From a virus (taxonomy: Duplodnaviria > Caudoviricetes), in IMG/VR virus record IMGVR_UViG_3300009868_000001, positions 1-64,000 of that record: 64,000 bases of DNA; one strand, 5' to 3'. The position numbers and the translations under genes were made by a program. Below are positions 22,802 through 31,842 of the stretch, piece by piece. The notes beneath the pieces are model-generated. The model was not told the DNA's origin, did no database searches, and saw only the letters and a list, made by a program, of their open reading frames with translations. Positions within the stretch are counted from its first letter, which is position 1; every line of letters begins with the position of its first letter.

Positions 22802-23980
22802 ATGACAAACCAGACAGTTGAAGCAATCGATTTTAATGACTTATTCACAAGAACAAGATCACGATTTAACGATAGGGTTAAACTAACCCCACAAGACGTA
22901 CGAAACGGCATGAAGGTTTATTGCAAAGAACCATATGCCCAGGACCTATATGATAGGTTTTATTCAAGCAAATCACCATCAGCGGTATACGCACCAATAA
23001 AGGATTTTTCGATTGGAGATATCCTTTCAGTAAGGGCTAAAAACATCGATTTTACCGAAAGGGTAATCGAAGCTGTTAACTTACAAACAGGTGCATCAGT
23101 TTTCATCCCATTCAGGGAATATTCATTTGATCCTGCTTCTCTTGCAAGCAATGAAGACCAATGGAATTTTAAGGTAATGGTCTATAAGAAGCACCAAGGA
23201 ACTTACTATGCTTCTGAAAGAAAATGTGCAGCCATAGTTTACCGTGAAGACATGGAAGACTTTGTTAAGAACAACAAATGGTTTTATGTCAGGGTTTCTG
23301 AACTGGTTAAAGGTGGATACCTTGCACTATACAAAAACTCAGTTAAGTGTTTCTTGCCTGGTTCTCATGCAGCAGCAAACGTTATTCATGACTTTCAAGA
23401 ATACCTTAACAAGGAAATTCCAGTTATGGTCGAAAGTTACGATGAAGCCAATAAACTGTTTATCGTTTCTTACAAGAAATACATTAAGCAGACTCTTCCT
23501 CAAAAGATATATGATCTTTCTTTCACTAAGGAATACAAAGGTCGTCTTACCGACAAACCACACGGAATTGGAATGTTCGTTGAGTTCGAAAACTACTACA
23601 CCGGCCTTATCCATAACTCTGAGTTTGCTGATTATGAAAAAGCAAGCAGACAGTATAAAGCAGGAGATGAGATATCTTTCTATGTAAAAGACGTAACCTT
23701 TAAGAAAGGTGAACCTAGAATCGTCTTAACAGTAGACAAAAGTGAAGTTAATGAGGACCGAGTTAGATGGCAGGCTCTCAGAGACCGAATCTCAGGAAAG
23801 ACTCTTGAATACACCTATTCTCATGGTAGCTCTATCGAAGTAGAACTCCCTAATTCTAACGAATGGTTTGATTTAGAAATCAATCAAAATCGTTTAAGGG
23901 ATAACTTGAAATCTGAAGGACGCATCAAGATCTTTTCAGTAGACGTTTTACGTCAAAATATCAAGTTCGAGCTTCTATAA
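22802..23980 (+). CDS. Ribosomal protein S1-like multi-S1-domain RNA-binding protein
   Basis: S1 repeats: KGGYLAL...CFLPGSH...IVSYKKYI and GMFVEF...TGLIHNSEF...YKAGDEISFYV. Confidence 0.8.
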   Translation: MTNQTVEAIDFNDLFTRTRSRFNDRVKLTPQDVRNGMKVYCKEPYAQDLYDRFYSSKSPSAVYAPIKDFSIGDILSVRAKNIDFTERVIEAVNLQTGASVFIPFREYSFDPASLASNEDQWNFKVMVYKKHQGTYYASERKCAAIVYREDMEDFVKNNKWFYVRVSELVKGGYLALYKNSVKCFLPGSHAAANVIHDFQEYLNKEIPVMVESYDEANKLFIVSYKKYIKQTLPQKIYDLSFTKEYKGRLTDKPHGIGMFVEFENYYTGLIHNSEFADYEKASRQYKAGDEISFYVKDVTFKKGEPRIVLTVDKSEVNEDRVRWQALRDRISGKTLEYTYSHGSSIEVELPNSNEWFDLEINQNRLRDNLKSEGRIKIFSVDVLRQNIKFELL

Positions 23981-24158
23981 TCGATAAATAAAAACCTACG
24001 ACTCCAAACTAATTAGAATGTAGAGGCCTATCAAACATGAAAAAGCATAGGTTCGAAATTCTTAACATCTGAGTCAAATCATTTTATACATCAAATGTTA
24101 TTAATCATTTGTCTGTTTGACAAGGGTTATAACTGTCAAAAAAGTTTAGTTTTAAAAG

Positions 24159-27100
24159 ATGCAAGATTACCTTAGTTACTTTGGCAGTAATAAGTTTGCT
24201 GCTGATAACTGGGCCGGAAAATACGCGCTCAAAGATCCGGACGGAAAAAGAATAGAAGCTACGCCGGATGATATGCATCTAAGGTTAGCCGCAGAGTTCG
24301 CAAAAATAGAAGCCTTACATAAGAACGGTCTTTCAGTAGACGCAATTTATGAATATTTTAAGGATTTCTTTGGAATTATTCCACAGGGTTCAGTTATGGC
24401 AATGGCTGGAAACCCTTTTCAAGTAGGTTCATTGTCAAATTGTATCGTCCTTCCTAAAATATTTGATAGTTACGGCGGTATTATGTATGCTGACCAGCAA
24501 CTGACTCAATTAATGAAAAGAAGGTGTGGAGTAGGTGGAGATCTTTCACCTCTCAGACCGGCAGGTTCAAAAGTTAAAAACGGAGCATTAAGTTCTACTG
24601 GAGTTCCTAGTTTTATGGAACGTTATTCTAACACTACTCGTGAGGTTGCTCTTGAAGGAAGACGTGGGGCCCTTATGTTAATGCTTGACATAAGACACCC
24701 AGAAGTTGAGGAATTCTCAACGAAGAAGATAGACCGAACTAAGGTAACCGGGGCTAATATTTCGGTTAAAATCTCAGATGAATTTATGAATGCAGTGAAG
24801 GACGAAAAACCATTTGTTCTTCGGTATCCAATTGATGCAATATCTGAGACTGAAGCTTTGGTTTGGAAACAGAAAGAAGCAAAGACAATTTGGGACGTCA
24901 TTATATCAGCAGCTCATGATTGTGCAGAACCAGGAATAGTCTTCTGGGATAGACAACATTATTACTCTCCGTCTTCTCTCTATCCTGAGTTTGAAAATAT
25001 AGCGACCAATCCATGCTTAGATGGAGATACTTTAGTTGCTGTTGCTGATGGTAGAAATGCTGTCACTATTAGGGAATTAGCAGAACAGAATGTAGAGTTT
25101 CCAGTATATTCAATGAAGAACGGACGCGTTTCTATTCAAAAAGCAATTGCATTCAAGACCAAGGAAAATACTAAAACAATTAAAGTTATTTTAGATGATG
25201 ATTCTACATTTATATGTACACCAGATCACTTAATTATGAAAAGAAATGGTGAATATGTAAAAGCAGAAGAATTAAAAGAAAATGATTCGTTAATGCCTTT
25301 TAATTCATATGTTTCTAATAAAAACTATCGTCAAATTGCTTCGAATACAGGAAGAGACAGAAGACAATATAGAATGATTTCTGAATACTATGGTTTAAAC
25401 GTTGATTCAAAAATTTATGCAATCCATCATAAGGACTTTAATAGTTTAAATGATTCGATTCTAAATCTTGAAATAATGACACATGTTGATCATAAAGAGC
25501 TTCATGCTTCAAGAATGAGAGGTAGCTTGAACCCTATTTTTAAACTTAAAAACTCATGTAGATTTGAAAATTATAAAGCAAATAATATATTTTATAATAA
25601 TAAGGGAGAGTTAAATTCTAATTTTTCTGGAATTTCAAATGAAGAATTAGAAAAAATAATTTCAACCTGGATCCTAGAATTAGGATATGAACCGTCTTCT
25701 TCAATGTATGTTTCATTTGCATCAGAAAATAATTTGCCATTAAGTCTATCGTCACATTATAGGAAATCTTATTTTAATGGAAAAAGTTGGTTGACTGAGA
25801 TTTCAAATAAACTTAATGTTAAAACTTTCAATAATGCTTATGAAAAACGGTTATATTTGTATAACCATAAAGTTAAACAGATCGTTGAAGTTGAAAACAG
25901 AGATGTGTATGATTTAACAGTAGAAGAAACTCATAATTTCGCAATTATCACTTCAGCTAAAGATAGCAATTTTATTACTTCTTCTGGAGTTTTTGTTCAT
26001 AATTGTGCTGAGATTGCGATGGGACATGACAGCTGTAGGCTGATTGCAAACAATATGTTTTCATGCATCATTGATCCCTTTACTCCAAATGCAAAGTTTG
26101 ATTTTAAGAGATGGTATCAACTTAGTTATGATGGTATGAAATTATCAGATGACTTGGTCGAACTTGAACTTAAGTCTATTGAAAGGATACTTGAAAAGAT
26201 AGACAAAGACCCAGAGCCAGACTATATTAAAGCAGTTGAAAAAAAGACTTGGGAAGACTTATATTCAATTGGAAAAAAGGGTCGTAGGACAGGTTTAGGT
26301 TTTACTGCATTAGGTGATACTCTTGCTGCTCTTGGTTTAGGTTATGATTCTAAGGAAGGCTTAAAAATGGTCGATCAGATAATGAGGACTAAACTTGAAG
26401 GTGAACTTGATTCTACAATAGGTATGGCCGAAGACAGAGGAGCTTTTCCAGCATTTGATGCAGAGCTAGAAGCAAAATGGGCAGAAGATCCTAGGACGTT
26501 TTTCTATTTCCTTAAGAATGAATTTCCTGAGCAATGGAAAAAGATGCAAAAGGTCGGTCGTAGAAACATATCATGGTCTACTATAGCCCCAACTGGAACC
26601 TTATCGACTGTGTCTGCATTGGATATCAATTTAAGAATATTTGGAACTACTTCAGGTTTAGAACCGGTCTTTTCTTTATTCTATATTAGACGTAAGAAAA
26701 TTAATGCAAATGCTGAAAATGTCAGAGTTGATTTTGTTGATGCAAATGGAGATTCATGGCAGGAATTTGCAATAGTTCACGACGGATTTAAGTTGTATTT
26801 GAAAATAGTTCACGGTATTGATAACCCAGAAGAGTTAACTAAGGCCCAACTTGAAGAATATGCTGCCCAGTCTCCATATGCAGGTTCAACTGCACCTGAA
26901 ATTGATTGGATTAAGAGAGTTGAGATGCAATCAGTCATTCAAAAATACATCACACATAGCATTTCTTCTACTATTAATCTTCCAAAAGACGTTTCTGTTG
27001 AAAAGGTAGGCGAAATATATATGAAGGCTTGGGAGCTTGGTCTTAAAGGTATCACAGTGTATCGAGACGGTAGCCGAGATGGTGTATTAATCACTGATAA

Positions 27101-27635
27101 TTCTAAAAAGGATGTCAATGAGTTTGGATATCATGATGCTATAAAAAGGCCTGAGAACTTACCTGCTGAATTACATTATGTTGTTGCTCAAGGACAAAGG
27201 TATGGTGTAGTTATAGGTCTCATGAACGGATTACCTTATGAAATATTTGCTTTTCCAGAGAGTAAAAATGTTTCAGGTGTTATTCAGGGTGTCAGTAAGA
27301 AGGTTCGTCAGACTAAATATAGGTTTGAGTCTAAGGACGTTACAATAGAGGAACTTCAATTAGCATCTCCTACTCCAGAAGAACAGATTTTAACTCGTCT
27401 GATAAGTGGTATGCTTAGGCACGGAACAGATCCTAAGTTTATCGTAGAACAGATTGACAAATGTCCACTAGAAATAGTTAGTTTCGGTAAGGCAATAATG
27501 AGAGTCCTTAAAAAATACGTGTCAGAACAATCTTTAGCTGCTAGATTTAAGTGTAAGGATTGTGGCAGTACTAACGTAAGATTTGAGGAAGGCTGTTCGA
27601 AATGTGTGGACTGTGGTAGTTCAAAGTGCGGATAA
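24159..27635 (+). CDS. nrdJ: Class II (adenosylcobalamin-dependent) ribonucleotide reductase with intein
   Basis: SLSNC, GRRGALM, TNP/CAEI active site, TIAPTGT, SISSTINLP, KGITVYRDGSR; C-terminal TSCPD-like and Zn-ribbon Cys motifs; no NrdB in the window. Confidence 0.9.
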   Translation: MQDYLSYFGSNKFAADNWAGKYALKDPDGKRIEATPDDMHLRLAAEFAKIEALHKNGLSVDAIYEYFKDFFGIIPQGSVMAMAGNPFQVGSLSNCIVLPKIFDSYGGIMYADQQLTQLMKRRCGVGGDLSPLRPAGSKVKNGALSSTGVPSFMERYSNTTREVALEGRRGALMLMLDIRHPEVEEFSTKKIDRTKVTGANISVKISDEFMNAVKDEKPFVLRYPIDAISETEALVWKQKEAKTIWDVIISAAHDCAEPGIVFWDRQHYYSPSSLYPEFENIATNPCLDGDTLVAVADGRNAVTIRELAEQNVEFPVYSMKNGRVSIQKAIAFKTKENTKTIKVILDDDSTFICTPDHLIMKRNGEYVKAEELKENDSLMPFNSYVSNKNYRQIASNTGRDRRQYRMISEYYGLNVDSKIYAIHHKDFNSLNDSILNLEIMTHVDHKELHASRMRGSLNPIFKLKNSCRFENYKANNIFYNNKGELNSNFSGISNEELEKIISTWILELGYEPSSSMYVSFASENNLPLSLSSHYRKSYFNGKSWLTEISNKLNVKTFNNAYEKRLYLYNHKVKQIVEVENRDVYDLTVEETHNFAIITSAKDSNFITSSGVFVHNCAEIAMGHDSCRLIANNMFSCIIDPFTPNAKFDFKRWYQLSYDGMKLSDDLVELELKSIERILEKIDKDPEPDYIKAVEKKTWEDLYSIGKKGRRTGLGFTALGDTLAALGLGYDSKEGLKMVDQIMRTKLEGELDSTIGMAEDRGAFPAFDAELEAKWAEDPRTFFYFLKNEFPEQWKKMQKVGRRNISWSTIAPTGTLSTVSALDINLRIFGTTSGLEPVFSLFYIRRKKINANAENVRVDFVDANGDSWQEFAIVHDGFKLYLKIVHGIDNPEELTKAQLEEYAAQSPYAGSTAPEIDWIKRVEMQSVIQKYITHSISSTINLPKDVSVEKVGEIYMKAWELGLKGITVYRDGSRDGVLITDNSKKDVNEFGYHDAIKRPENLPAELHYVVAQGQRYGVVIGLMNGLPYEIFAFPESKNVSGVIQGVSKKVRQTKYRFESKDVTIEELQLASPTPEEQILTRLISGMLRHGTDPKFIVEQIDKCPLEIVSFGKAIMRVLKKYVSEQSLAARFKCKDCGSTNVRFEEGCSKCVDCGSSKCG
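25014..26003 (+). mobile_element. Intein (330 aa) with HNH homing endonuclease domain
   Basis: Starts CLDGDTLV, block B CTPDHLI, block F VYDLTVEETHNF, ends VHN before Cys; internal IHHKDFNSLNDSILNLEIM HNH motif; visibly more AT-rich than the exteins. Confidence 0.92.
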
Positions 27636-27647
27636 TAAATAAAGAAT

Positions 27648-28256
27648 ATGCCACTAAAGATATTATCATTTACCGAGTATAGAAAATTAAATGAGGACGA
27701 GATCCCAGCAGCAGGCGCAGCTATTCCAAGCACCCCTACTGCTGGGGCTGGTTCTACTCTTCCAACAGGAGCAGTCGACCCAACTACAGCCGTTTTAAAT
27801 TCTCCTACCCTAGGAATGGGTTCGTCACCAACTTCATTAGGTTTTCCGGACCCAACTGGAATGGGTGGAGCAGCCGTTCCCCCTCCAGTAGTAGAAGAGG
27901 TTCCTACTTATAAAATGGTCTTTTTGGACGACAATGTCGACTGGCATATTCAAAAACCAGACGGCGGTGGTACCAAAAAGTATATGGAGTACCAAATAGA
28001 AGACCCAGCATTGGACACATGGTTACAGGAAAAAGGATGGACTGAAGATAAGCCAGAGTTTCAGAAAATGCTTAAAGGCGAAAAATATTCACTGGATTCA
28101 TCTAAAGTAGCAACTTTGAGACATGATTTTGAAAATGAATCACTTGGTGATGAGGCTGGTGAAATTGAGGTAGACTACGATGAAAAAAATGAACCATTTG
28201 TGTCGGATATCGATGTAGTGTTCATTTCTGCAGCAAATCATAGTGAAACCAAATAA
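27648..28256 (+). CDS. Putative internal head protein with capsid-targeting-like N-terminus
   Basis: AATAAATAA late promoter at 27634-27642; N-terminus KILSFTEYRKLNE; low-complexity A/G/P/T linker, then an acidic domain. Confidence 0.5.
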   Translation: MPLKILSFTEYRKLNEDEIPAAGAAIPSTPTAGAGSTLPTGAVDPTTAVLNSPTLGMGSSPTSLGFPDPTGMGGAAVPPPVVEEVPTYKMVFLDDNVDWHIQKPDGGGTKKYMEYQIEDPALDTWLQEKGWTEDKPEFQKMLKGEKYSLDSSKVATLRHDFENESLGDEAGEIEVDYDEKNEPFVSDIDVVFISAANHSETK

Positions 28257-28273
28257 CTGTTTATTGGTATAAT
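28245..28273 (+). promoter_or_regulatory. Early/middle promoter GAAACC-N16-GTATAAT
   Basis: Exact consensus upstream of the histone-like gene. Confidence 0.7.
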
Positions 28274-28292
28274 TCTATAAAAATTCGAGAAT

Positions 28293-28502
28293 ATGTCAAC
28301 TTGGTTAAACGACATCAAAACAACCGTAGCTGAACTTGAAGTTGAAGCTACAAAGTTTGCCGAAAAAGGAAACAACTCTGCTGGTACTCGTGCAAGGAAA
28401 CTTTTACAAGAACTGAAAGGCTTAGCCCAAACAGGACGTGAGGAGATTCAATCTGCAAAGTTAGCTGAAAAAGCTGCTGGTAAGTCAGAAGTATCTGCTT
28501 AA
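28293..28502 (+). CDS. Histone H1-like (Hc1 family) small DNA-binding protein
   Basis: 69 aa; EKGNNSAGTRARK matches the KGNKAAGTRARK signature of Hc1/Bacteroidota 'histone H1'. Confidence 0.8.
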   Translation: MSTWLNDIKTTVAELEVEATKFAEKGNNSAGTRARKLLQELKGLAQTGREEIQSAKLAEKAAGKSEVSA

Positions 28503-28533
28503 TCTGAGCCTTTAACGCACGGTTTAAACTTAA

Positions 28534-28570
28534 GAAAGGAAACAAATTTTTGTTTCCTTTCATTGTTTTT
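28534..28570 (+). terminator. Rho-independent terminator
   Basis: GAAAGGAAACAAA/TTTGTTTCCTTTC inverted repeat followed by ATTGTTTTT. Confidence 0.75.
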
Positions 28571-28573
28571 ACT

Positions 28574-28602
28574 GAAACCAAATGCACATCCTGTAGTATA
28601 AG
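28574..28602 (+). promoter_or_regulatory. Early/middle promoter GAAACC-N16-GTATAAG
   Basis: Shared motif upstream of the SSB gene. Confidence 0.7.
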
Positions 28603-28626
28603 ATAAAAAAAATTAAATACTTCAAC

Positions 28627-29703
28627 ATGGAAGACATTTTCGCGTTAGACTCGAAGGACTTTACTAGGCAAAGCAAAGGAACTAAGAAAGCAGATGACCC
28701 AAACATTTACGATCCTACACCAGATCAGGGTAAGAACGGTGTCTATAAGGCCATTATACGTGGTGTGCCCTATATGAAAGACAAATCAAAGACACGTTAT
28801 CAAAAATTCTATGCAATGCTTAAAAACCCGTTGACCGGGGATAAGGTATTCATAGACTGTCCATCGACAATAGGTAAATCATCAATCCTGTGGGATTTAG
28901 CTACTTTAATTAAGAAGCTTAAAGATGATGAACCTGAAATTCACAAGGAGCTTTCAGATAACTTTTCTCGTAACTCCAAAATCTACTCTCCTTTTTACAT
29001 TAAACAGGATTCAAACCGTCCAGATTTAGTAGGATCTATAAAGATTATTCCTTATGGTGCACAAATCGACAAACTATTCCAAGATGAACTTAACCCAGAC
29101 CCAGAATTCAACCTACCATCGGTAAACTGTTTTCACCCTCTGGCAGGTAAAGACTTGATGTTAACTGTCACTCGTAAGACTAAACAATTTAGGGACTTTT
29201 CGTCTTCTAAGTTTTACGAAAAACAGACTCCACTTGTCATCAAAACAGACGAGCGTGAAGTTATAACAAGTGAAAATCCAAAAGTCCTTAAATGGGTTCA
29301 AGATTGGTTGCTTGAAAATACACCAGACATGGAACCTTATTATTATAAGTCATGGAAGGAAGAAGACTATGCAAAGGTTGCAGGTCTTATTGTTCAAATA
29401 GTTCACTATCCAACTCTACTTGAAAATCTATTACTGTCGTCTAAGGACACTAAGATGGTAGAGTTGGTTAGAGAAGCAGCAAACAGGACTTCTAAAAAGA
29501 GCTCCGGTTCAGCTTCAGCTAAAGGTAAAAACCTTGAGTTAGACGAAGAGGACGATTTCGGTTCATCAAAGGCAAGTTCAGGTTCTCATGATTTAGAACC
29601 AGATCCGTTTGAAACTCCTAAATCAGGTAAGAAGCCTGCTTCAAAAAAGTCTAGTGCTCCAGCACCAGATGAGGATGATGATCCATTCTCAATGGTTGAC
29701 TAA
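28627..29703 (+). CDS. 32: Single-stranded DNA-binding protein, T4 gp32-like
   Basis: GVYKAIIR, IDCPSTIG, GSIKIIPYG, RDFSSSKF; acidic C-terminal tail DEDDDPFSMVD. Confidence 0.8.
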   Translation: MEDIFALDSKDFTRQSKGTKKADDPNIYDPTPDQGKNGVYKAIIRGVPYMKDKSKTRYQKFYAMLKNPLTGDKVFIDCPSTIGKSSILWDLATLIKKLKDDEPEIHKELSDNFSRNSKIYSPFYIKQDSNRPDLVGSIKIIPYGAQIDKLFQDELNPDPEFNLPSVNCFHPLAGKDLMLTVTRKTKQFRDFSSSKFYEKQTPLVIKTDEREVITSENPKVLKWVQDWLLENTPDMEPYYYKSWKEEDYAKVAGLIVQIVHYPTLLENLLLSSKDTKMVELVREAANRTSKKSSGSASAKGKNLELDEEDDFGSSKASSGSHDLEPDPFETPKSGKKPASKKSSAPAPDEDDDPFSMVD

Positions 29704-29724
29704 TAAAAATAACGTCGTAAAGTC

Positions 29725-30021
29725 GTGTCAGAAAAAGCAAATACAGAAGAAAAAGCATTACCAGAAATAAAAAAGCATGTCCTATTAGGTGCAATAACTT
29801 ATGATAATTTCGATCATTATCAAAAGTTCCTAGAAGGACTAAAACCAGACCAGGCTATACTTGTCTTAATGGCAGCAGTTAAACATGCTTACAATAAACC
29901 TGGAACTTACACGATGGAGGAGACTGAACTTGTGATGAAAGCTTTGAGAACAATTTCAAATGCAGCTAAGCCACAAGAGCAGCCTACAGACGAAAACAAA
30001 TCCAATGATACTACTAATTGA
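29725..30021 (+). CDS. Hypothetical protein
   Basis: 98 aa ORF in the replication operon. Confidence 0.6.
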   Translation: MSEKANTEEKALPEIKKHVLLGAITYDNFDHYQKFLEGLKPDQAILVLMAAVKHAYNKPGTYTMEETELVMKALRTISNAAKPQEQPTDENKSNDTTN

Positions 30022-31120
30022 TGGAAACGCGTTTATTAACGTATCCTTCGCAGTAGTCAGAGGTAACCTTCTAAAAGACCCTCGGGTCGGAGAGCAATAT
30101 TGGGTCGAGGACTTGGAAAGAAAGGGGAACTTTCTTCTAAAGTCGCAGGCCCAATCTGCTTTTAAGAAGTTTATCGGAAGCTACTTGTCGAGCATTCTTA
30201 AGCCATATAAAGGAAGGATAACACATCTTGTTTTTGCATTTGACTCTGTCAGCTGGCGAAGACAATACATAAAAGATCATTTTGAGTCCGAAGAGGGAGT
30301 TACATTTGAATATAAGGGAAATAGAAAGGAAGACAATAAGAAGCTTTTGTTTTTTGATTTCTTCTATTCAGATATTTTACCTGTTCTACACGAATGTGGA
30401 ATAGCATCATACAAAACTAAGGGTCTTGAGGGTGACGACATTATTGCATATCTATGTTCAAGAAGCAGACAAGATACGATAATTTGGTCAGTAGACACAG
30501 ATCTTATGCAGCTTGTTAAGTCAGGTGAATCTAGGACTGTTCTGACGATTCCTAAGATGCAATCAAAGTCTAAAAGAGTAGTAACAGACAAAAACTTCTT
30601 CGATGTCCAGGAGTCATCTAATGACCCTTTTTCCATGGATGATTCCACCATTAACAAGAAAGGTGTAGTAAACCTGGTTCGTGACATTGCTCATAACCCA
30701 GAATACACTCACTTATTAGTAGACCCCAGAGAAGAAGTTCTTAAAAAAGTTCTCAGAGGAGATAATTCAGACTTTATTAAGAGAGCTCATAAAAAACTTT
30801 CTGAAAAGAAAGCAGAAGCGGTCATAGAACTTGTTAAAGATTCTTCAATATGGGAAGACCTTCTTAACATAATGGAAAATGATACGGAAAGATTTGTTGA
30901 TATAGTGTCAAATGCAGTAAGGTCTGTAATAGGTATAAAGGAAGAACCCGAGATGGAGACCCTTAAAAAAGACATTGAGATTCGTCTCAGGATCATTAGA
31001 CTTGCTCCTAAGTTTTTTCCACAGGATATGTTAGAAAACCTAATTGACAAGATGCGTAAAAATAAGGTAAACATGTTTAATCAAGACCAGTTTAGGAAAA
31101 TAGTTGAGGAAAGACTATGA
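30005..31120 (+). CDS. rnh: 5'-3' flap exonuclease / T4 RNase H-like
   Basis: LLIDGN, SWRR, YKGNRK, EGDDII, SVDTDLMQL, GDNSDFI; likely start ATG 30005. Confidence 0.88.
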   Translation: MILLIDGNAFINVSFAVVRGNLLKDPRVGEQYWVEDLERKGNFLLKSQAQSAFKKFIGSYLSSILKPYKGRITHLVFAFDSVSWRRQYIKDHFESEEGVTFEYKGNRKEDNKKLLFFDFFYSDILPVLHECGIASYKTKGLEGDDIIAYLCSRSRQDTIIWSVDTDLMQLVKSGESRTVLTIPKMQSKSKRVVTDKNFFDVQESSNDPFSMDDSTINKKGVVNLVRDIAHNPEYTHLLVDPREEVLKKVLRGDNSDFIKRAHKKLSEKKAEAVIELVKDSSIWEDLLNIMENDTERFVDIVSNAVRSVIGIKEEPEMETLKKDIEIRLRIIRLAPKFFPQDMLENLIDKMRKNKVNMFNQDQFRKIVEERL

Positions 31121-31773
31121 GAAGGCTTAAAATTAAGGGAATAAGTGAGGACTGTGTAATTTCTTACTTTTCAAAGATGAATCAAGGTCAAAAAATTGAG
31201 CTTAGGGATTCTTATTTTAAAGGTTCTTCATATGGGTTCATTGCAGATTTATTTTTTGTGGAAATTACTAAAACAGATGGTTCGGTAATTGTTAATACCG
31301 ATTCGTTTTTTGATCCCACTAAATCACCAGACCAACTATATTTTAAACTCGATGGACATGAGTTCAATACATCTTCAACAGCAGGTCCTTTTGAGTTCGA
31401 GACACTCTTTGAAAATGACACAAAAATAGAATCACAAATGACACCATCAAACATTGGAATTACCCCGTTATATGACAGGGTCCTGGTAAAGCCAGACGAA
31501 CAACAAGAACAGACTCAGTCTGGTATTATTATACCAGTAGACAGTCGTAAAAAATCAAACATCGGAACTGTTGTGGCAGTCGGTGAAGGTACACCGGCCC
31601 AACCTATGTTCTTAAAACCTGGAGACAGGATTTTATACCAGAGATATGCCGGTCTTGACGTTGAATGGGACAACCAATCGTATGCCATTATATTGACCCA
31701 TGAAGTCATAGCTAAGATTGACCCAAACTTTAAATCAGACCTGGTGTATAAAGACCAGAACGATTCCAACTAA
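31117..31773 (+). CDS. groES: Co-chaperonin GroES with ~107-aa N-terminal extension
   Basis: PLYDRVLVKP, TQSGIIIP, GTVVAVGEG, LKPGDRILY in the C-terminal half. Confidence 0.88.
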   Translation: MRRLKIKGISEDCVISYFSKMNQGQKIELRDSYFKGSSYGFIADLFFVEITKTDGSVIVNTDSFFDPTKSPDQLYFKLDGHEFNTSSTAGPFEFETLFENDTKIESQMTPSNIGITPLYDRVLVKPDEQQEQTQSGIIIPVDSRKKSNIGTVVAVGEGTPAQPMFLKPGDRILYQRYAGLDVEWDNQSYAIILTHEVIAKIDPNFKSDLVYKDQNDSN

Positions 31774-31792
31774 AGTACAACTTACAATAATT

Positions 31793-31822
31793 AAAAAAGG
31801 GAACCATTTGGTTCCCTTTTTT
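31793..31822. terminator. Bidirectional terminator between convergent groES and sheath genes
   Basis: AAAAAAGGGAACCA-TT-TGGTTCCCTTTTTT. Confidence 0.9.
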
Positions 31823-31842
31823 GTTTTTCCTTCCCATTCCGA

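Noticed and set aside
23981-24158. Cobalamin riboswitch upstream of the B12-dependent RNR
   Set aside because: No recognisable B12-box or conserved core; too AT-rich
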